DNA of 41,734 nucleotides, from IMG/VR virus record IMGVR_UViG_3300017777_004807, positions 1 to 41,734 of that record. One strand, 5' to 3'. The notes under the pieces were generated by a model. It saw nothing but the letters and a program-made list of their open reading frames with translations, did no database searches and was not told the origin of the DNA. The DNA comes from a virus (Duplodnaviria; Caudoviricetes). This document shows, one piece after another, positions 29,087 to 36,864 of this stretch; position 1 is the stretch's first letter; each line of letters begins with the position of its first letter. The translations under genes were made by a program, and so were the position numbers.

Positions 29087-29101
29087 CATATGTTATGATG
29101 G
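29087..29101 (+). promoter_or_regulatory. Putative extended -10 promoter of the Mre11-Rad50 gene
   Basis: CATATGTTATGATGG (TGnTATGAT), a near-identical copy of 26977-26991; GAGGA RBS follows at ~29108-29112. No good -35 at 17-nt spacing. Confidence 0.5.
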
Positions 29102-29117
29102 ATGGTAGAGGATTGAA

Positions 29118-32100
29118 ATGAAGTTTGCTCATCTGTCAGATACGCATATCAAGTTGCATAAATCTCATAAAGAATACCGAATTATATTTGATCAAATTTA
29201 TTCGATTCTGAAAGAAGAAAATGTAGATTGTATTGTACATTGTGGAGACATTTTCCACAATAAAACAGAACTTTCCCCGGAAGCAATTAACCTTTCGTCA
29301 GAGTTTCTTAGATCGTTAGCAGACATTGCCCCAACTTATATTATTGCTGGCAACCATGACGCTAACTTAAAGAATAATAATCGTATGGATTCCATAAGTC
29401 CAATTGTCGATATTCTGCAACATAAGAACTTGACATATCTAAAATATTCTTGTGAGCACGTTTTAAACGAAGATATCACGTTCAACGTTCTTAGCCGATT
29501 TGATGAAGAACACTGGTCGAAGCCTACGAACAAAGACAAGATTAACATTGCTCTTTATCACGGTTCTATTCAAGGTTCTAAAACAGATATGGGCTTTACA
29601 TTGACAGAGTGTGATCATTCAATCCCTATCTTTGAGGGTTGTGATTTTGCTATGCTTGGGGACGTACATCTATCCAATCAAGCATTGGATAGCGCAAGAA
29701 GATTTGTTTATCCTGGCTCCACTATCCAGCAGAATCATGCAGAAACAAATGACAAAGGGCTCCTGATATGGGACATTAAGGGGAAAAACGATTTTAATGT
29801 TAAGCATATTCAAGTTCCTAACCCACATCCATTTATTACAATCGAACTTACAGAAGAAGGAAAGCTGCCAGAATCTATGACAATTCCAAATAATTCTCGT
29901 TTGAGACTTGTTTCGAATTACAATCTCCCTCCGGAGCTAATGAAAAAAGCAGCAGATGTTGCAAAAAGTAAATTTAAACCAGAAACTATTTCTTTTTTGT
30001 CTAAAAATGTGAATAAAACGCAAGAACTTAACGCAAGCATTATTGGAAGAAAAGAAGATTTAAGAGATAAAGCAGTTCAAAATAAACTAATATCAGATTA
30101 CCTGCTTGACTATAAAGTTTCTGATACAATGCTGCAACAAGTTTTTGATATAAACTCACGCTATAATACAATAGTAGAATCAACTGAGGAAGTTTGTCGT
30201 AACGTCAATTGGAAATTAAAGAAAGTTTCTTGGGACAATCTTTTCAATTATGGAGAAGGTAATTCAATTAATTTTGAGAATTTAAATGGCATTGTTGGAA
30301 TATTTTCTAAGAATTTTTCTGGCAAAACTTCTATCATTGACAGCGTTCTTTATTCAATATTTAATACAACATCAAAAAACGAACGCAAAACAACCAACAT
30401 AATCAATCAAAATAAATCTTATGGCAAAGGATGTGCTGTTATAGAAGTGGATGGGCAAGATTATACCATCGACAGAAGAGCAGAGAAGTATGTAAAGAAG
30501 CTGAAAGGAGAGATAACAGAAGAAGCAAAAACAGAATTAGATTTAAGCAGATTTGATTCGGTTTCCAAACAACAGGAAACATTAAACGAACTTTCCAGAA
30601 CAGATACAGATAAGAAAATTCGTAAAATGTTTGGCACAATTGATGACTTCTTGCTTACTTCTTTATCCTCACAGCTTGAATCAATGTCGTTTATCAAAGA
30701 AGGCTCTACGAAAAGAAAAGAAGTTCTTGCTAGATTTCTTGACCTAGACATTTTTGAAGCAAAATTTAAGCTCGCCAAAGAAGAATCTGCGAGCCTTAAA
30801 GGCTTTTTGAGGAAGGTTGAGAATAGAGACTATGATTTAGAGATAAGCAATTCAAGTGCTCTACTGCTTGATTTGGAACAATCCTTAATACAATGTGATA
30901 GCAGACTTAAACAAGTCCAAGATAAAATTACCGAAGTGAAACGTGAGATTGAGAATGTCGAAACCCAAATCAAAGAAAGTGGAATTGAATACGTCAATAT
31001 TCCTATTTTGCTAGGAAATAGAAAAGGATTGCTAACATATATTGAATCCGTAAAAAAACAAATAGATGAAAAGAAAAAAGTATTTATTGAAAAAAATGAA
31101 CTATTTTCCAAACTGGATACATTTATCAATAGTTTTGACTTGACAGAACTGAAATCTAAAAAAGATTTTGTTTTGGCCAAACAAATAGAATTGAAAGAAA
31201 TTTATTCACAAGTGCAATCTGACGTTGGAACGGTAAAAAGACTTAAAGATAAAATTAAACTTCTCAATGATGTTCCTTGTGGTTCATTATTTCCTGCTTG
31301 CAAGTTTATTAAGGACGCACATAAAGCAAAGCATGACATTGGTACCAGCGAGAACGACCATCTGATACATTCAAATGAATATGATTCTGTTTCAAAAGAA
31401 ATAGAGCAATATGATCTTACTCAAATAAATTCTCAACTATCAAAGTATGAACAAATAGTTATTAAAAAGAATGAAAGCGAAAAAGAACTTCTTCGACTTG
31501 AAATTGATATGGAAAAACATAACAAAGATATTGATAAGGCCAAATCTGAACTTAATAATGTAGAAGATGAGATTGAAAAATACAAAAAGAATAATGAAAT
31601 TTTTTCAAAGATTGAAGAACTAAGAGATTCTGAGATTGATAAAAGAGGAGTGTTATTTCTGCTAAATTCATCTCATGCCAAAATGAGCAATACAATAAAA
31701 GATACTTATATTTCTATAGGTTCTGAAAAGCAAAAAATCCTAATAATAGAAAAAGATAAAAAAGAATTAGAAAATTGCAGAGATCAATTCGCTGCATATG
31801 ATTATTTTATGCGATGTATGCATCCAAGTGGCATTTCCTACAATATCATCAAAAATAAGTTGCCAGTTATTAACGCAGAAATAACTAGAGTTCTATCAAA
31901 TATTGTAGAGTTTGAAGTATATTTTGAAGATGATGGAACAAAATTAAACGTGTTCATAAAACATCCCAAATATAATCCAAGACCTATTGAAATGGGCTCT
32001 GGAGCAGAAAAAACAATTGCATCTATGGCAATTCGTTTGGCTCTACTGCAAGTTTCAAATTTGCCAACTAGCAACATTTTTATTCTTGACGAACCGGGAA

Positions 32101-32267
32101 CAGCTTTAGACTCGGAAAACATGGAGGGATTTGTGAGGATTATAGAAATGATAAAAAACTACTATGATATTGTTCTGTTGATTTCTCACATGGACAGCCT
32201 AAAAGACGTAGCTGATACAATTTTAACTATCGACAAAAAGGATGGGTATGCATATGTCACATTTTGA
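29118..32267 (+). CDS. Fused Mre11/SbcD (gp47-like) nuclease and Rad50/SbcC (gp46-like) ATPase
   Basis: Phosphoesterase motifs SDTH, CGDIFH, AGNHD, LYHG, LGDVH, YPGS. Then Walker A SKNFSGKTS, long coiled coil, signature MGSGAE, Walker B/D-loop FILDEPGTALD, H-loop LISH, all in one frame. Confidence 0.9.
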   Translation: MKFAHLSDTHIKLHKSHKEYRIIFDQIYSILKEENVDCIVHCGDIFHNKTELSPEAINLSSEFLRSLADIAPTYIIAGNHDANLKNNNRMDSISPIVDILQHKNLTYLKYSCEHVLNEDITFNVLSRFDEEHWSKPTNKDKINIALYHGSIQGSKTDMGFTLTECDHSIPIFEGCDFAMLGDVHLSNQALDSARRFVYPGSTIQQNHAETNDKGLLIWDIKGKNDFNVKHIQVPNPHPFITIELTEEGKLPESMTIPNNSRLRLVSNYNLPPELMKKAADVAKSKFKPETISFLSKNVNKTQELNASIIGRKEDLRDKAVQNKLISDYLLDYKVSDTMLQQVFDINSRYNTIVESTEEVCRNVNWKLKKVSWDNLFNYGEGNSINFENLNGIVGIFSKNFSGKTSIIDSVLYSIFNTTSKNERKTTNIINQNKSYGKGCAVIEVDGQDYTIDRRAEKYVKKLKGEITEEAKTELDLSRFDSVSKQQETLNELSRTDTDKKIRKMFGTIDDFLLTSLSSQLESMSFIKEGSTKRKEVLARFLDLDIFEAKFKLAKEESASLKGFLRKVENRDYDLEISNSSALLLDLEQSLIQCDSRLKQVQDKITEVKREIENVETQIKESGIEYVNIPILLGNRKGLLTYIESVKKQIDEKKKVFIEKNELFSKLDTFINSFDLTELKSKKDFVLAKQIELKEIYSQVQSDVGTVKRLKDKIKLLNDVPCGSLFPACKFIKDAHKAKHDIGTSENDHLIHSNEYDSVSKEIEQYDLTQINSQLSKYEQIVIKKNESEKELLRLEIDMEKHNKDIDKAKSELNNVEDEIEKYKKNNEIFSKIEELRDSEIDKRGVLFLLNSSHAKMSNTIKDTYISIGSEKQKILIIEKDKKELENCRDQFAAYDYFMRCMHPSGISYNIIKNKLPVINAEITRVLSNIVEFEVYFEDDGTKLNVFIKHPKYNPRPIEMGSGAEKTIASMAIRLALLQVSNLPTSNIFILDEPGTALDSENMEGFVRIIEMIKNYYDIVLLISHMDSLKDVADTILTIDKKDGYAYVTF

Positions 32268-32466
32268 ACTCAAAGTAATTGAGATCATTGAAAATGAAGA
32301 TGGATCTTCAAAAATAGTCTTGGATATAAACAAGAAAGCACAAGACGTAATAAAAAAAATGTATGGATGGAGTAGATGGAACACAAAGAAGTTTGAGAAA
32401 CTACTTATAGAAGCTATTACAAATTATATGGCTTCGATGCCAAATTACCAGAACATAAAGGAATAA
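32242..32466 (+). CDS. Small hypothetical protein (start may be the ATG at 32254, MSHFELK...)
   Basis: Fills the gap between the Mre11-Rad50 gene and the holin-like gene; its stop abuts the next ATG. Confidence 0.6.
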   Translation: MGMHMSHFELKVIEIIENEDGSSKIVLDINKKAQDVIKKMYGWSRWNTKKFEKLLIEAITNYMASMPNYQNIKE

Positions 32467-32655
32467 ATGTCTGCATTTCGCAATGGTTTTGATAAAGTTC
32501 TTGATAAGATAATTTCAAGAAAACTGCTTGTTTGGATAACTGCAACTGGATTGCTTGCTTTTTCTGATTTAGGATCTTCTGATTGGATCGTTGTGTCCGC
32601 AATTTATATTGGCGGTCAAAGCGTAATCGATATAGTTTCAAAGTTAAAAGGATAA
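32467..32655 (+). CDS. Putative holin (two TM segments, 62 aa)
   Basis: SRKLLVWITATGLLAF and WIVVSAIYIGGQSVID hydrophobic helices, basic C-terminus, AAGGA RBS. Confidence 0.6.
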   Translation: MSAFRNGFDKVLDKIISRKLLVWITATGLLAFSDLGSSDWIVVSAIYIGGQSVIDIVSKLKG

Positions 32656-32658
32656 TAA

Positions 32659-33033
32659 ATGTTTGCTATAGTTAGACAATATTGGAAATTAATATTGGCA
32701 TTACTATATGCCATTGCCATTCCTTTGTATTTTCATCAATCGAACAAAGGAGCCGCATTATCGCTAGATTTAGCTACCAACTCGGCAAATATCCAGATAG
32801 AAGAACTTCAGGATTCTATGATAGAACAGAAACAATTTTATGATGATTTAATAATAAACTATCAAGAAGAGTTTGATAGAATAGAAGAAAAATATCAGAT
32901 ACAACAAAAAGAACTGCAAGAAGTCAAACGTAAGCAAAAGTCTGCATTTGTAAGGAGATGGAAAAAGAATCCATCGTCTATAAACGAAGAACTCCAAAAA
33001 AGGTTTCCAATAAAATATGTCAATAATAAATAA
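32659..33033 (+). CDS. Putative inner-membrane spanin-like protein
   Basis: N-terminal TM (WKLILALLYAIAIPLYF) followed by a Q/E/K-rich coiled coil; directly follows the holin-like gene. Confidence 0.5.
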   Translation: MFAIVRQYWKLILALLYAIAIPLYFHQSNKGAALSLDLATNSANIQIEELQDSMIEQKQFYDDLIINYQEEFDRIEEKYQIQQKELQEVKRKQKSAFVRRWKKNPSSINEELQKRFPIKYVNNK

Positions 33034-33463
33034 AGTTATTTTGTTTTTCTTGCTGGTCTGTAAGGATGTTTTAGCCTCAGACGAATACACTCATCTTCGA
33101 AAGAATGAGCCTGCTCCGTTTGATGGAACCTTACTTTCCCCAGAAGCATTAGCTACTATTATTACAACTTATGATACAGATTTATCTACTTGTAAAATAG
33201 AAGCAGATAAGATCAAAGAAAAGCTTGATTTAAAATATACCATTCTTGAAGATAAATGCAAATTTGATTATACTAATTTGCAGAAATTAGATCTTAAACT
33301 TCTTGCAACCAAGCAAGAAGAAATAGAAGCTTTGAGAGGACTGATCAAAAAACAGAACAAAAATTTAATTCCATTCTTTATCGGACTAAGTTTCATCGCA
33401 GGTTCCGCAGCAACTATTGGAACTTTTTATCTTTACGAGGAAATTGAGACAAGAATTAAATGA
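33017..33463 (+). CDS. Exported membrane protein (signal peptide, coiled coil, C-terminal TM); possible spanin partner
   Basis: MSIINKVILFFLLVCKDVLA signal-like segment, EPAPFDGTLLS, coiled coil, C-terminal IPFFIGLSFIAGSAATIGTFYLY; overlaps the previous gene by 17 nt. Confidence 0.5.
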   Translation: MSIINKVILFFLLVCKDVLASDEYTHLRKNEPAPFDGTLLSPEALATIITTYDTDLSTCKIEADKIKEKLDLKYTILEDKCKFDYTNLQKLDLKLLATKQEEIEALRGLIKKQNKNLIPFFIGLSFIAGSAATIGTFYLYEEIETRIK

Positions 33464-34011
33464 GTAGGCATTCAAACTTACCAAATATATTATATGTTTA
33501 TGTAGAAAACAAATTTTTAGACAAAAGCGAAGGGCTAACAGAAGCTATCTGGCATGGAGTTTTTGCCAGAGAAGGCGAAGTGTTATTGACACACTTAGCT
33601 TTAGAAACTGGTGCTCACTGGACAGGGGTTCCTTTACATGGAATACATCATAAACCAAACTTTATACCTAAAAAGAGCGGCGCATTACAACCTTGGGGAA
33701 ACATGGGAGTAAATTTAGATGTTACAAGTTTAAATCATTTAGAGGGTATAGATGTTAATTATTTTAAAGAAAATTTAAATGGTTTATCTACTGGTATTTT
33801 AGTTGATTGGTATGATGGTTTTAGTAAGTTTCCACAACAACACAAACCATTACATTTGATTACTATGGAAGATGGAAATTATTATTTATTACCAAACAAT
33901 TATTTAAGATGGAATGATCCTTCTTTTACTAATGAAAAATTATGGGAAAAATGTAAAAACTATAAGAGAGGAGCAGAAGTCTGGTTTCCTGAAAATAAAA
34001 TAAACAAGTAG
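33460..34011 (+). CDS. Phage hypothetical protein (183 aa)
   Basis: ATGA overlap. NLP..YVYV...W...GA.W..VP...LQPW...HK..H.I..EDGNY...PNN...W.DPSF resembles, from memory, a family seen in T4-like environmental phages. Confidence 0.6.
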   Translation: MSRHSNLPNILYVYVENKFLDKSEGLTEAIWHGVFAREGEVLLTHLALETGAHWTGVPLHGIHHKPNFIPKKSGALQPWGNMGVNLDVTSLNHLEGIDVNYFKENLNGLSTGILVDWYDGFSKFPQQHKPLHLITMEDGNYYLLPNNYLRWNDPSFTNEKLWEKCKNYKRGAEVWFPENKINK

Positions 34012-34018
34012 GTTTTTT

Positions 34019-34411
34019 ATGAAAGATCCAAATGAAATTGTAAAAATTGAAAAAGCCATAGCACAAAAGTATGGCGAAGAAGCTATTTTGAATCCAAAGC
34101 ATCTTTGGAATGAAGAAAAAGAAAAAGAATATATAGAACAGCTAAAAGAACTTTCGAAGAAAGACAACAATATCTCAGAAAGAGATCAAAAAATAAATAT
34201 AGATGGTCTTTTTATTTCTAAAAAACTACTTACTAAAGATAGCAATAGAACCTGTTCTGTTTGCTCGGCTTATTCTTTTGATCCAAAGGACGATTTATAT
34301 ATGAATCGTTATGAGTGCTGTAAAAAGTGCTATGTAAATTGGGTAGAAGATAGAGAAGGAAGATGGAAAGCTGGATGGAGGCCAAGTGAAAGTGAAGCTA
34401 ACAAGAAATGA
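34019..34411 (+). CDS. Hypothetical protein with C-terminal Cys cluster (putative zinc finger)
   Basis: CSVC...ECCKKC motif; 130 aa. Confidence 0.65.
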   Translation: MKDPNEIVKIEKAIAQKYGEEAILNPKHLWNEEKEKEYIEQLKELSKKDNNISERDQKINIDGLFISKKLLTKDSNRTCSVCSAYSFDPKDDLYMNRYECCKKCYVNWVEDREGRWKAGWRPSESEANKK

Positions 34412-34706
34412 ACTAAAACAAATAATTCAAGAAGAATGGAACAAAGCAAAAGTTTTGGAACAAAGTTCTCCAACTGACGGATATGATAAAAATGTTGAAG
34501 GACAAGATCAAGAATTAGATTATGAAGGTTACATGACAAAAAGCCAACTTTTTAAAATTGGTGAATATGCTTTGAAAATTCACGATATGATAGAAGACGG
34601 CGATAACTTACCAGAGTGGATGCAATCAAAAGTTTCACAAATGGAACAAATGATTGGTTCTGTTTATCATGCACTTAATTACGATACAAAAAGAGGAACT
34701 ATATAA
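34386..34706 (+). CDS. Small acidic head-region protein
   Basis: N-terminal MKVKLTRNELKQIIQEE; DYEGYMTKSQL...LPEWMQSKV...IGSVYHAL resembles, from memory, a conserved T4-like phage hypothetical family. Confidence 0.6.
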   Translation: MKVKLTRNELKQIIQEEWNKAKVLEQSSPTDGYDKNVEGQDQELDYEGYMTKSQLFKIGEYALKIHDMIEDGDNLPEWMQSKVSQMEQMIGSVYHALNYDTKRGTI

Positions 34707-35272
34707 TGGCTACAACCCTTGAAGTAATCCAAGGTATTTCACAAGCTGCTGCAAATGCTTATGATGGATCGCACATTGCAAAATATAATGCAGATGGCAA
34801 AGAAAGAAAAATAGGACTCCGAAGAGAAGATGGAGATCCTATCCTCGATTCAAGAGTAATCGATGGGTTCAAGGTCAAAATCCGTGGCAACCAGCTTTGT
34901 ATAACTTATCAATCTGAAATTTCGATGAAAGAGATACATAAAGGTGATAAGTTTGAAGGTGAGATGGAACAAGTAATGGCAGACATTGTTAAATTCTTAA
35001 AGAAAGAATACAAGTCTATTACAAAAAGCACTCTTAAATTAACTCCTATCAAGGATGTAAATATTTTAGTTCAACCAATTTCTAGATCTAGAACTGATCT
35101 AATGATGTACCAAGAGTTTGATATAAATTCTTTGGATGATTCTGTAGTTGCTATTAGACTACCATCTGAAGATACTACCAGAGAAATAACTAAAAAGTTT
35201 CTATCGTTAGGTCGAGATAAGGCTAAGAAGCCCGAGAATGTTACAAGAAAAGACGAAAAGAAAAAAGATTAA
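34706..35272 (+). CDS. Hypothetical protein upstream of the terminase (188 aa)
   Basis: TAATG coupling, AGAGGA RBS, basic C-terminus. Its position allows a small-terminase role, but no motif supports that. Confidence 0.65.
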   Translation: MATTLEVIQGISQAAANAYDGSHIAKYNADGKERKIGLRREDGDPILDSRVIDGFKVKIRGNQLCITYQSEISMKEIHKGDKFEGEMEQVMADIVKFLKKEYKSITKSTLKLTPIKDVNILVQPISRSRTDLMMYQEFDINSLDDSVVAIRLPSEDTTREITKKFLSLGRDKAKKPENVTRKDEKKKD

Positions 35273-35277
35273 AGTGA

Positions 35278-36861
35278 ATGGCAGGCTATCGACTTACCAA
35301 GCAACAGATACAAACTGAAATACTAAAATGTGGTAAAGATCCTGTTTATTTTATAAATACATATGCTAGGATTTCACACCCACAAAGAGGTCCAATACCT
35401 TTTAGGACGTATCCATTTCAAGATGATATTCTAAAAGATTTTAAAGATTTTAGATTTAATATTATCCTTAAAGCTAGACAGCTTGGATTATCTACTATCG
35501 TCGCTGGTTACATCGCTTGGATGATGTTGTTTCACAGAGATAAGAACGTTTTAGTTTTGGCAACAAAACTATTATCTGCTTCCAACTTAGTGAGAAAAGT
35601 CAAATACATAATTAAAAGTTTGCCAGATTGGTTATTGATAGCTACCGTTACAATCGATAATAGAAATTCTTTCGAACTTTCTAATGGCTCACAAATTAAA
35701 GCTTCTGCAACTTCTGGCGATGCTGGTCGTTCAGAAGCCTTATCTCTATTGGTTCTTGACGAAGCTGCATTTATTGAAAACATGGGAGAGTTATGGGCCG
35801 GCCTTTATCCTACTATGGCAACAGGTGGTCGTTGTATTGCGATCTCAACACCTAACGGGGTTGGAAATTGGTTTCATCAAACATATATTGATGCGGAAGC
35901 TTCCATCAACGAATTCCATAATGTAAAATTACTTTGGTCGGTTCATCCTGATCGTGATGCAGCATGGCTTGAAAAAGAAACAAAAAATCTTTCTGCAAGA
36001 GAGATAGCACAAGAATACAATTGCCAATTCAATGCTTCTGGCGAAACCGTTATATCCCCAGATGATTTAGAATATTATCATTTGAATACAAACGAGCCAA
36101 AATACAAAACTGGAATCGATAGAAACTATTGGATTTGGAGAGAATATAAAACAGAATACACTTACCTACTTTCCGCAGACGTTGCAAGAGGGGACGGAAA
36201 AGACAACTCTGTATTTCACGTTCTATGCATTGACACTATGGATCTTGTTGCGGAGTACCAAGGAAAGATAAGTACGGAAGATTTTGCTAATCTTATTATT
36301 CTCGCAGGAAAAGAGTACGGAAATTGTATGGTTATTGTAGAGAACAATAATCTTGGGTATTCTGTTGTCGAAAAAGTAATAGCTTGTGAATATCCGAACG
36401 TATATTATTCTCTAAAAGGAACTACTGAGTTTGTTGATCAACATACTGCTGGATCTATTACAAATTCTGTGCCTGGATTTACCACTTCTCACAAATCAAG
36501 ACCATTGATTCTTTCTAAGCTTGAAGAATTTATGAGAAACCGAATGATTAAAATTCGATCCGTTAGAACTACAAACGAACTGAATACGTTCATTTGGGCT
36601 CACGGAAGGCCGCAAGCAATGCAAGGATATAACGATGATTTAGTTATGGCTTTAGCAATTGCATGTTGGGTTAAAGAAACAATTTTTTTGGCTAACACAA
36701 GAGAAATAGATTTTACAAGAGCAATGTTGACAAGTATCATAAAAACGAATACAATACTAGATACAAAGATAAATGGAATGAGAGGTTATAGCGCAAGATC
36801 TTCGGCACAAGAAGAAGCTATAAAAACTTACGATGCATTTTCTTGGGTATACAAAGGATAA
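35278..36861 (+). CDS. terL: Terminase large subunit, T4 gp17-like
   Basis: KDPVYFI..Y, YPFQ adenine-binding motif, Walker A LKARQLGLST, Walker B LLVLDEAAF, coupling motif ISTPNG, nuclease LSADVARG.G.D, VENN, DDLVMA. Confidence 0.95.
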   Translation: MAGYRLTKQQIQTEILKCGKDPVYFINTYARISHPQRGPIPFRTYPFQDDILKDFKDFRFNIILKARQLGLSTIVAGYIAWMMLFHRDKNVLVLATKLLSASNLVRKVKYIIKSLPDWLLIATVTIDNRNSFELSNGSQIKASATSGDAGRSEALSLLVLDEAAFIENMGELWAGLYPTMATGGRCIAISTPNGVGNWFHQTYIDAEASINEFHNVKLLWSVHPDRDAAWLEKETKNLSAREIAQEYNCQFNASGETVISPDDLEYYHLNTNEPKYKTGIDRNYWIWREYKTEYTYLLSADVARGDGKDNSVFHVLCIDTMDLVAEYQGKISTEDFANLIILAGKEYGNCMVIVENNNLGYSVVEKVIACEYPNVYYSLKGTTEFVDQHTAGSITNSVPGFTTSHKSRPLILSKLEEFMRNRMIKIRSVRTTNELNTFIWAHGRPQAMQGYNDDLVMALAIACWVKETIFLANTREIDFTRAMLTSIIKTNTILDTKINGMRGYSARSSAQEEAIKTYDAFSWVYKG

Positions 36862-36864
36862 AAT

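Noticed and set aside
26315-32267. Interpretation as a eukaryotic giant virus (J-domain, kinase, Mre11-Rad50 fusion)
   Set aside because: T4-like gp6, gp25, gp17 and gp20, a DnaG-type primase, SD-like AGGA/GAGG sites and overlapping stop-start junctions indicate a bacteriophage.
33017-33080. Lipoprotein signal (LLVC) making this a classical o- or u-spanin
   Set aside because: It does not fit the [LVI][ASTVI][GAS]C lipobox; a signal peptidase I site at VLA-S is at least as plausible.
32401-34232. Further CTACTTA motifs at 32401 and 34226 as late promoters
   Set aside because: Both lie inside coding sequence, 59 and about 150 nt from the next start, and cannot be distinguished from chance.
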